A stretch of 48,666 nucleotides of DNA from positions 1 through 48,666 of the IMG/VR virus record IMGVR_UViG_3300030372_001947; one strand, written 5' to 3'. This document shows positions 38,669-45,877 of the stretch, in pieces. Made by a program: the position numbers and the translations under genes. The stretch is from a virus. Lineage: Duplodnaviria > Caudoviricetes. The notes beneath the pieces were generated by a model. It was not told the origin of the DNA. It saw only the letters and a list, made by a program, of their open reading frames with translations, and searched no databases. Within the stretch, counting starts at the first letter, position 1; every line of letters starts with the position of its first letter.

Positions 38669-39822
38669 GCCGTTCCACCTCGCACATGACTGGGTTTGAA
38701 TGCAAAGTTACGTGCATCTTCACTTTCAGTTGGACCCGTTGGTTTGGTAGTTTTATCTGAAGGACCAGTGTTGTGCTTAGGTAAAGAAGACGCTCCGCCT
38801 GAAACATCTTTTTCAGCCATCTTCTTCTTTTCATTCCTTTTATCTCTTAACAGATTACGCATTTCACGCATTATGTTTCTTAATTCAGCCAATTGATATT
38901 TATTAACTGCTTTCAATAATGAATCCTCAGGTAATGAATCCTCACTCATAGTTACCATACTAGGCATTTTAGGACGAGTCAAAGATGGTGTTCTCATCTT
39001 AGGAGGAACAATTGGTGGAGCACGAACTGGATGTAAACGTGGTTTTCTAGGTGTTAAACTAGGAGCACCCATTGGGGCAGAATATTGGTCAGAGCGAGTT
39101 CTAAGTCTAGGACCAGCAACTCTTATATTACCAAGATGTTTTTTACGCTGTTTTATTTGAGCAAGTTGTCTTTTATATCTACGCATGTCTGCTTGACTCA
39201 TAGGTTGTTTTACAGCAAGACCTCTATGTGAATATTCAACAGATGTATCATCACCGAAAGCCATCGGTCCAGTTGGATTTTCTCTTCTTACATATTTTGC
39301 TCTTCTATTACTTTGCTGTGCTTCATTACCGAAACCACCTTTAGGTTGTTTGAAAGGTTTAGTGGATGTTTCCCACGCTCTTTTTTGTCTTTTTAATAAA
39401 TCAGACCAAGCATTTTCCATTGGCTCGGACATCTGCATCATTTGTCCACCAGCAGCACCGGGGCCTTTTGCTTGATTAGCAAGACTTGTGAGAAAGCCAC
39501 CTATATCAGGTGAACCAGTTTGCGCTGTTATTTCTCTTTCAGCGTCTCTTTTGTCTGAATCATCTTCGTTCATTTCTTCTTCTTCAGTAGTAGTTGAAGG
39601 GGCTATATGATGAGGTTTGATTTTGATATGTTTGATTTTTTTGTGAGCCTTTTCTTCTTTTTCTTTTTTGGCTTGTTTTTTATCCATTCTTTTATCTTTA
39701 TTATAACCATCTTCAGGTCCGTATGTATCTTCTTCGTGATTATTACGAAACATGTAAGAGGACTCCGACCTCGGATTATAGATTCTAGTATCAGAACCCC
39801 TCCCCATCATTCCCTCAGTCAT
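38665..39822 (-). CDS. Hypothetical basic/disordered protein with AWSDLLK tag
   Basis: 385 aa, K/R/P-rich low complexity. Confidence 0.7.
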   Translation of the reverse strand: MTEGMMGRGSDTRIYNPRSESSYMFRNNHEEDTYGPEDGYNKDKRMDKKQAKKEKEEKAHKKIKHIKIKPHHIAPSTTTEEEEMNEDDSDKRDAEREITAQTGSPDIGGFLTSLANQAKGPGAAGGQMMQMSEPMENAWSDLLKRQKRAWETSTKPFKQPKGGFGNEAQQSNRRAKYVRRENPTGPMAFGDDTSVEYSHRGLAVKQPMSQADMRRYKRQLAQIKQRKKHLGNIRVAGPRLRTRSDQYSAPMGAPSLTPRKPRLHPVRAPPIVPPKMRTPSLTRPKMPSMVTMSEDSLPEDSLLKAVNKYQLAELRNIMREMRNLLRDKRNEKKKMAEKDVSGGASSLPKHNTGPSDKTTKPTGPTESEDARNFAFKPSHVRGGTA

Positions 39823-40219
39823 CTATACCACTCACCATAATATTTTCGAATATACATCTTAGCGTTGATGCTACGTCTCTATAGAAATTGCTGACTCTAG
39901 GGTTATTTAAAAACGCACGCTGCATATTATCAACCACTAAATCATATTCTTCTAGTAAACCGTTTAATAATTTAACAGCAGGGAAGAAATCTTGAGGCTC
40001 ATCATTATTGTACACAGTATCAAAAGATTTTATCATAGCAGGAAACAAATCTATAGGCGTGACATTTATGTCACCGTAGTGTTCGAACCTTTCTGTTAAT
40101 TTAATACAATAATCGAGGAAAGTAGGAACATCTCTCTCAGTCATTATCCTACCTAAATTTACATAACGATAACCCGGATGGGTTACTTGTAATAGGTCAG
40201 GAACTGGCACTGCTAACAT
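39815..40219 (-). CDS. Hypothetical helical protein
   Basis: 134 aa; TAATG coupling with the upstream gene and AGGTGA RBS. Confidence 0.7.
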   Translation of the reverse strand: MLAVPVPDLLQVTHPGYRYVNLGRIMTERDVPTFLDYCIKLTERFEHYGDINVTPIDLFPAMIKSFDTVYNNDEPQDFFPAVKLLNGLLEEYDLVVDNMQRAFLNNPRVSNFYRDVASTLRCIFENIMVSGIDD

Positions 40220-40899
40220 TACATATCACCTGCTTGGTCTATCAATTGGCTACGAATTCTCGCCCATGTATCAGGACTTTCTTTACCCAACTCAACTTTA
40301 AGAATGTTGATTGTGTTATGAATTTCGCCATTTTCACTCGTTGCTCCCCAATTTTCTTGCATTTTAATTAAATCTTTTATTGACTCTCTGACTTCTTTGT
40401 GCAAAGACACTGCATCTTTGACGAAACCGTCTTCGTGTATACTCCCATCATGGAGCAATTCGGACAACTTGTCGTTGAGTTTTTCGACATTATTTCGAAG
40501 TACATTTAATTCTCCTCCAACGGCGAGACTGGTCTCCGCTATAGCACTGCGTTGCACTAGGGGTTGAAAATGGTTTTTCATATGATGGTACACAGTGGTC
40601 TCAGCGAGTTCTAACTCTTTTGCTATATTTTCGGACTCACTACCATCTTGAAAATATCTAGTTTCAAACTCTGCTCTTTGCGGATGAGTGCAAATTTTAC
40701 ACTGTGGATTAGCAGCCATATGATACTGACCCATATGGTTTCTAAAATGCCTGTCAGAAGTATTTAACCTCCAACCCATTTCTTTATCTAATTCTTTAGG
40801 AGACATAGTACCGTTTAATAAAGCCTCTTCTAAATCATCTCTACTAGGGTGCTGACAGAAAGGACAAGACCTTTTGGTGACTCTATTATCTTCTCCCAT
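40219..40899 (-). CDS. Putative terminase small subunit (tandem Zn-HTH domains + coiled coil)
   Basis: Two repeats CxxC-x-HP-x-R...HTH...H-xxx-H (CPFC...HFRNH; CKIC...HMKNH), then a coiled coil. First gene of the operon leading to TerL. Confidence 0.55.
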   Translation of the reverse strand: MGEDNRVTKRSCPFCQHPSRDDLEEALLNGTMSPKELDKEMGWRLNTSDRHFRNHMGQYHMAANPQCKICTHPQRAEFETRYFQDGSESENIAKELELAETTVYHHMKNHFQPLVQRSAIAETSLAVGGELNVLRNNVEKLNDKLSELLHDGSIHEDGFVKDAVSLHKEVRESIKDLIKMQENWGATSENGEIHNTINILKVELGKESPDTWARIRSQLIDQAGDM

Positions 40900-40959
40900 T
40901 GTGCACGCTTAAAGCAACATCACAGATAACTCTAACTGTATAAACTTGTTGCGTATTAT
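40900..40959. promoter_or_regulatory. Divergent intergenic promoter region
   Basis: 60-bp gap between divergent genes, with TATAAA/TTTATA near 40939-40944 and TTTAAG near 40908-40913. Confidence 0.4.
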
Positions 40960-41265
40960 ATGTTCCGTAGAATGAAGCGAGTTCCACGGCAAAATATATC
41001 TACCAAAATAAAAGAGGTTAAGAAAGCAACTAAAGACATAATTAACAAAAGTAGAGTAACGGAGAGTCAATACAAAAATAGATTGAAAACATGTAATGAT
41101 TGTATTTATCTAATGAGGTCTACTAATATGTGTAGAGTTTGTGGGTGTTTCATGAAAATAAAAGCAGCCTTACCATCTTCTGTTTGTCCTCTTGGTAAAT
41201 GGTCACTTAGAGATTCGAGTGTAAATCCCACCCAACATGACGATGGATGCGAAAATTCCGATTAA
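40960..41265 (+). CDS. Cys-rich small protein (DUF6171-like by recalled pattern)
   Basis: RLKTCNDC...CRVCGCFMKIKA...CPLGKW; the only convincing plus-strand gene. Confidence 0.75.
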   Translation: MFRRMKRVPRQNISTKIKEVKKATKDIINKSRVTESQYKNRLKTCNDCIYLMRSTNMCRVCGCFMKIKAALPSSVCPLGKWSLRDSSVNPTQHDDGCENSD

Positions 41266-41460
41266 AAATATACTTACTTCGTTTGTACTCAATTGAGAGC
41301 CTTTGAAAACTAGTATGAAAAATAAAGTAACTATAATGCTCAGAAATTGCACCATAATCATGTCAGTGATTACTGACCTTTTTGGCGCAAACATATTTAC
41401 GCTCGCTACACTAAATCCACGTAATGCATTGTTCATAGGGTCCGTTGGTTGTCTCATCAT
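41203..41460 (-). CDS. Small two-TM membrane protein (holin-like topology)
   Basis: Hydrophobic helices MIMVQFLSIIVTLFFILVF and VSIFLIGIFASIVMLGGIY. Confidence 0.75.
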   Translation of the reverse strand: MMRQPTDPMNNALRGFSVASVNMFAPKRSVITDMIMVQFLSIIVTLFFILVFKGSQLSTNEVSIFLIGIFASIVMLGGIYTRISK

Positions 41461-41470
41461 ATTATCACTT

Positions 41471-42148
41471 TCACTTATTAGTCGGTAGTCCTATTAATCC
41501 ACGAGCGACACTACCAATTCCTCCGCCCACTTTATTCATCATCCCTTCGTCTTGTAAAGCAGCAGACAAAGCACCACCCATCATTGATTGTTGAGCCATA
41601 GCCATGATTTGCTGTCTTTGCATTTCGGCTTGTTGAACACTTTGTTGACTTTGCGCCACCATATTAGTTAATATCATACTAACGTTTTCCGCACTCAAAG
41701 TTTGTAATTCTGTGGGTAAAGAGGTAGCGTCTAGTTTCATAGCACCTTCATCTTCATTCATAACAAAAGTTGCATTCTTTAAAATATTAATTAAACTTAA
41801 ACTAGTAGCGGTAGCGACTAAATCTATAATTGAGCCAAGACCACCTTCTGCTATAAAACGATGTATAGGATTTTGTGATTGTAAAAGAGATGCCATGATT
41901 TCCATTTCAGACGGAGGCGCTATTTGCCCGTTCTGCATCATCATTTGCTGTTGTTGGTTCATTCCCATTCCTCCCATCATGCCGCCCATAAAAGGATTAG
42001 GTTGTTGTTGTTGGGGTATAAATTGCGCTGATGCTAAACCTACCCCTAAATTATTTCCATATTGATTATTTGTAGGAGCACCACTCATTGAAAGATTCAA
42101 TGCACCATTATTTTGTTGAGATTTATTAAAACCGAACATACGTATCAC
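41471..42148 (-). CDS. Q/M/G/N-rich low-complexity protein with amphipathic helices
   Basis: QQQQPNPFMGGMMGGMGMNQQQQ; C-terminal VGGGIGSVARGLIGL. Confidence 0.75.
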   Translation of the reverse strand: MIRMFGFNKSQQNNGALNLSMSGAPTNNQYGNNLGVGLASAQFIPQQQQPNPFMGGMMGGMGMNQQQQMMMQNGQIAPPSEMEIMASLLQSQNPIHRFIAEGGLGSIIDLVATATSLSLINILKNATFVMNEDEGAMKLDATSLPTELQTLSAENVSMILTNMVAQSQQSVQQAEMQRQQIMAMAQQSMMGGALSAALQDEGMMNKVGGGIGSVARGLIGLPTNK

Positions 42149-43098
42149 ATTCCCGGACGAAGGCCCTCCCCATCAATGTTTTGCTGGTTACGTTGTATTT
42201 TTAATGATTCTTGTGCGAGTAAATCTTCAAAAGCCTGTGTGGGTTGATTCATTTGCATTAATTCTTGTTGAAATATACGCAAATCAAATACAACCATCGT
42301 AACATCATTTTGACCAGTTAAGGGGTTAGCATAATGTAAAACATTGATACCCTTTGTTTTTCCAGCATCTCTTTCTAACTCAGCGAAAAAAGGCTCATAC
42401 TTTTTTAGCATTTCAGGGGTAGGGTCTTTTTTCTTGAAAGATGCGACTGGCACAGTGACTATTGAAACTCCACGTTTTACTTTGTCACGAAGACGACTTG
42501 GATTCATTTCATTTTGTTTGTCTTCCTCTGCTTCCCATTTACATAATAAATGATACAAGTGAAGATGTTCAGGACAATATGTTCCTCTCATTTTTTTACC
42601 ACTTGTAACTTTATCACGAGCGATAAAAGCCTCGGGTTGACCAGTAACAGGGTTTTCCCAATACATTTCCCATAAAGAGCGGCCAGTTTCTTCATCACTG
42701 ATTCTCATGTAAAGATTATCATGTTTAATAAGTTCAGCAACATTAGCGCCGTCTACAACACAAGTTCCAGTGTCTTTATTATAACGATATTTTCTACCAA
42801 ATAACCACCTTAAAGGATTAAATATTGAGCGTTTCGCTGGTTGTAAAAGTTTGTATGCCTGTTTAATATCTCTTTTACGGGCTTTTCTTGGGTCAGGATG
42901 GGTGCTTGGGTAAAAATTTACTTTAGGTACATCTATATTTTGAGTAGCGGCTAAATCCTGCATTCCTTGTTGTGCCGCCATCATTTCTTGTAACGCAGCA
43001 TGGGTAAGTTGTTGATTACCTTGTGATGCAAGATTGGTTATGTGTGCCTCGTTTACCGTGTATAACGGTTGTGAGGCAGTAGGTTGAAACATCATCAT
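42145..43098 (-). CDS. Hypothetical protein with Q-rich N-terminus and possible metal-binding CPEH motif
   Basis: 317 aa; amphipathic SIFNPLRWLFGRKY; TCVVD...YCPEHLH; GGAGATGA RBS. Confidence 0.75.
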   Translation of the reverse strand: MMMFQPTASQPLYTVNEAHITNLASQGNQQLTHAALQEMMAAQQGMQDLAATQNIDVPKVNFYPSTHPDPRKARKRDIKQAYKLLQPAKRSIFNPLRWLFGRKYRYNKDTGTCVVDGANVAELIKHDNLYMRISDEETGRSLWEMYWENPVTGQPEAFIARDKVTSGKKMRGTYCPEHLHLYHLLCKWEAEEDKQNEMNPSRLRDKVKRGVSIVTVPVASFKKKDPTPEMLKKYEPFFAELERDAGKTKGINVLHYANPLTGQNDVTMVVFDLRIFQQELMQMNQPTQAFEDLLAQESLKIQRNQQNIDGEGLRPGM

Positions 43099-43289
43099 TT
43101 CTTTTCATCTCCTTGTACGGGTCTAAGCATTACTACCATATCACCGTTTTCCACTTTAAATTTCCAAGAAACTTTATCTCCTGCATCTAAATTATAATGG
43201 TCTACAATCCACATAGGAATTGTAGTTCTAAGGCTACGACTACCTCCACCTGTAGATACTAAAACAGTGGATGTATTCTTTGTGCCCAT
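43095..43289 (-). CDS. AbrB/MazE/SpoVT-family DNA-binding protein
   Basis: SLRTTIPMWIVDHYNLDAGDKVSW matches the archaeal-type swapped-hairpin consensus. Confidence 0.85.
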   Translation of the reverse strand: MGTKNTSTVLVSTGGGSRSLRTTIPMWIVDHYNLDAGDKVSWKFKVENGDMVVMLRPVQGDEKK

Positions 43290-43335
43290 GTCTATCCCAC
43301 ATATATTTTATTCAAAAGGTTATTGTTAAGGTCAT

Positions 43336-44058
43336 TCATGTGGTCAAGAGGTCTAACATGCATTGTTCTACGTTCCATCCTATGCGTGTAGCCATAAAAG
43401 AGCGTTTTGTGGGAATGCCCGCTTTTTGTAATCTTATGAGGTCATCCCTGAAGGGGTCGAAAATTTTATGCTCTCCTATTCTACCATCATGCCATAATTT
43501 AGATGCGGTTTCATCAAAGAATCTATCCGCCTTATTAGCAATCAACATTACAATTCTAGGTCTGTATTTTCTACCTTTAAACCTAGACCACATAGAACGA
43601 TAACGATAATTTCTATTTATGAGGCAATCCACTAAATAACGAAATCCAGCAAGTTGTTGTACACCTGAGTCTCCACCTTTAAACGCTCTATCATCAAATA
43701 CGTAAACCACCGCCTCAACTCCTCTAGTCACCATATCTTCTATCCAAAGATTCCAAAATCTTTCTTGACCGCCTAAATCAGCAGAATATACAACTCTTTT
43801 TTCCCCTCTCCAACTAACACGCTTTCTAGTGGGTTTAGGCATTTTATACTTACCTATTTTTAGAATACGAGAATGAGTGGTTCTATCTTCTTCGGGTATA
43901 TCTTCCATTTCACCCGGTGTAGTCATATATCTATCCAGTGTAGTTTTACCAACCATGGGTGCCCCATAAACACCTACTTTACGGGGCTTGTAGGAATTGA
44001 ATAAATGCTGTCCCCACATCGCTGCTCCAACGAGAGCAGTACTTGCTGGTTCTACCAT
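43336..44058 (-). CDS. Ras-superfamily small GTPase, Arf/Arl-like
   Basis: G1 GAPMVGKTT, G3 DLGGQERFWNLW, strand EAVVYVFDD, G4 IANKAD, G5-like FMAT, terminal GWNVEQCMLDLL; N-terminal hydrophobic helix. Confidence 0.9.
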   Translation of the reverse strand: MVEPASTALVGAAMWGQHLFNSYKPRKVGVYGAPMVGKTTLDRYMTTPGEMEDIPEEDRTTHSRILKIGKYKMPKPTRKRVSWRGEKRVVYSADLGGQERFWNLWIEDMVTRGVEAVVYVFDDRAFKGGDSGVQQLAGFRYLVDCLINRNYRYRSMWSRFKGRKYRPRIVMLIANKADRFFDETASKLWHDGRIGEHKIFDPFRDDLIRLQKAGIPTKRSFMATRIGWNVEQCMLDLLTT

Positions 44059-44061
44059 GTT

Positions 44062-44328
44062 CTAATTCCACCAAATTAACCAATCAATTAAACCCTCTAA
44101 CTTTTTAATTACCCAGTTTACAGTATTTTCATATAAACTAAAATCTTGATTATGAAACTCATAACCACTAATTATTAATGTGGATATAATAGAAAACACA
44201 ATTGCTTTAAACCAACCCCAAGTTCTTTCATATGTAGTGTCTACAGTGTTGGCTAGATGTATGGCTCTAAGTGTTCCTTCTGTGGCATTATCAGAAGGTG
44301 TTTTAAAAATACGACCCATTACACTCAC
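44062..44328 (-). CDS. Small membrane protein (one TM + C-terminal amphipathic helix)
   Basis: WGWFKAIVFSIISTLIISGY; VNWVIKKLEGLIDWLIWWN. Confidence 0.75.
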   Translation of the reverse strand: MSVMGRIFKTPSDNATEGTLRAIHLANTVDTTYERTWGWFKAIVFSIISTLIISGYEFHNQDFSLYENTVNWVIKKLEGLIDWLIWWN

Positions 44329-44942
44329 TCCCCTGTATTATCAGGAGAGGATGTTTTTTTATTATATCTTTTATCTATAGTTCCATCTTTTTTTAAACGA
44401 GTATTTTCTTCTACGCCTAGAGATAGAGGTTGTCTTATATTAGCAGAATGAGAAGGTAAGTTGGGAGGTTCGTTATAATATTGAGAAACTAAAGAAGGAG
44501 GGCCACCTGATACTCCCCAAGAAGGAGGCATTTGACCGGGGTTTTGTTCCATCCATCTCAATTCTTGTTCTAATTGAGCCTCTTTCATCCTTAATTCCAT
44601 TTCACCTCTCCTTTTATCAAAATTTTCTTGCATGATTCTGTATTGATATTGGCGGTTTCTATCCAAGTTAGTCGTTCTAACTCTTTCTTGCATTCCTTGT
44701 TCGAAAAACATTTTAAACACATAATATGCTATTCCTTGTACAAAAAAAGCAGCCATGGCGTATGTAAAACCATTTAACCAAGGTGTGTCATTTATTAACC
44801 ATATATCGGCATCAAATACTCCAATGGCTACTCCCACTAGAGCACTTTGTGCTAATATTAATCCCATTAATCTTATTTCTGCATCGTGTTGTTCTTGACC
44901 TTCCATTAGGACCACTGATGTGTCCACTAGAGAGGTCAACAT
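44325..44942 (-). CDS. Two-TM membrane protein with cytoplasmic coiled coil
   Basis: LMGLILAQSALVGVAIGVF and FTYAMAAFFVQGIAYYVF, then a coiled coil, a Pro-rich linker and KKDGTIDKRY. Start is probably MEGQEQ (44903). Confidence 0.8.
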   Translation of the reverse strand: MLTSLVDTSVVLMEGQEQHDAEIRLMGLILAQSALVGVAIGVFDADIWLINDTPWLNGFTYAMAAFFVQGIAYYVFKMFFEQGMQERVRTTNLDRNRQYQYRIMQENFDKRRGEMELRMKEAQLEQELRWMEQNPGQMPPSWGVSGGPPSLVSQYYNEPPNLPSHSANIRQPLSLGVEENTRLKKDGTIDKRYNKKTSSPDNTGE

Positions 44943-44952
44943 AAAGGTTATG
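44938..44952 (-). promoter_or_regulatory. Putative BRE/TATA element CATAACCTTTATG; related ATAACCTTTTG upstream of the AbrB gene (~43313-43323)
   Basis: Shared ATAACCTTT roughly 25-45 nt before the likely start codons of two genes in the GTPase cluster. Confidence 0.35.
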
Positions 44953-44953
44953 C

Positions 44954-45754
44954 TCAGAAAGGTATAGAGATATTTTTCAACTTATTTATATCAATATTGG
45001 TTTCTATACCACGTTTATGTGCCCAATCTACTAGATTTTCGGTAGACAAGTTACCTTTGGTGTTAGGCATAAAAGGACAACCACCTAACCCGTGAATACT
45101 AGAATCAAACTCTCTCACTCCTTTTTCGTAGGCTATCTCGACTTTATCCAATAAATCTTCACCATGTAAATGTAAACTGATATTATAATCTTTAACTAAA
45201 TCTAAAATTTTGGCTAAAGTATTGATGTCAGCAGAGCCGATGGTATCACAAAGAACAATAGTATCTCCTAATCGACTAGCCTGTTCTACAGCATTAATCA
45301 CCATATCATTACTAGGAATACCTAAATAAGGACAACCGAAGATAGTAGAAATATAAACTCTAACATTTTCTTTCGGAGTGTCTTTTAACATTTCTTTGAA
45401 TTCATCAATAATCTCTTCCATGTTTTTACCAAGGTTTCTTTGATTGAATTCATTAGAGCAAGAGAAAAATATATTAACCTTCTTTATACCAAGTTCTTTT
45501 GCTTTTTCAAAACCGTGTTTATTGGGTATTAAAACAGAGAATTCACAAGATAGTTCGTTTAATTGTTGATACACTTTATCTGAATCAGCCATATTAGGTA
45601 CTCTTTTGGGATGAACAAAAGCACCAAATTCTATGTGATTTATACCAGCATCGTTTAATTGTCTGATTAAATCAACTCTTTCTTCTACTGATAGTTTGAT
45701 AGAATGACCTTGTAATCCATCTCTAGGTCCGACTTCATGTATCAGCATGGACAA
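44954..45754 (-). CDS. hmgL: Hydroxymethylglutaryl-CoA lyase (DRE-TIM metallolyase), auxiliary metabolic gene
   Basis: IHEVGPRDGLQ, AFVHPKRVPNMAD, LCDTIG, HLH metal motif, GLGGCPF catalytic Cys loop, GNLSTE. Confidence 0.92.
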   Translation of the reverse strand: MSMLIHEVGPRDGLQGHSIKLSVEERVDLIRQLNDAGINHIEFGAFVHPKRVPNMADSDKVYQQLNELSCEFSVLIPNKHGFEKAKELGIKKVNIFFSCSNEFNQRNLGKNMEEIIDEFKEMLKDTPKENVRVYISTIFGCPYLGIPSNDMVINAVEQASRLGDTIVLCDTIGSADINTLAKILDLVKDYNISLHLHGEDLLDKVEIAYEKGVREFDSSIHGLGGCPFMPNTKGNLSTENLVDWAHKRGIETNIDINKLKNISIPF

Positions 45755-45771
45755 GGAGGAAAGGGATGAGA

Positions 45772-45877
45772 ATATAAAATTTATATTGTTAAGTTAATTA
45801 ATTGTATAGTTTTAATTATTTATATTATTATACAAAATAGTATATTGTACATACTATTATACTTACAATCTTTACAA
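45772..45877. promoter_or_regulatory. Very AT-rich intergenic region with inverted repeat AATAGTAT-N7-ATACTATT (45836-45858)
   Basis: Longest non-coding stretch in the window; inverted repeat read directly. Confidence 0.5.

Noticed and set aside
43336-44058. GTPase as MglA/MglB or ROCO system, or as eukaryotic contamination
   Set aside because: No roadblock, COR or LRR partner is recognisable, and switch II is DLGGQ rather than PGQ. The gene is intronless, tightly packed with its neighbours and compositionally like the rest of the window.
44954-45754. Host chromosome flank (provirus boundary) at the HMG-CoA lyase
   Set aside because: Virus-type genes continue on both sides, and no integrase, tRNA or att-like repeat was seen.
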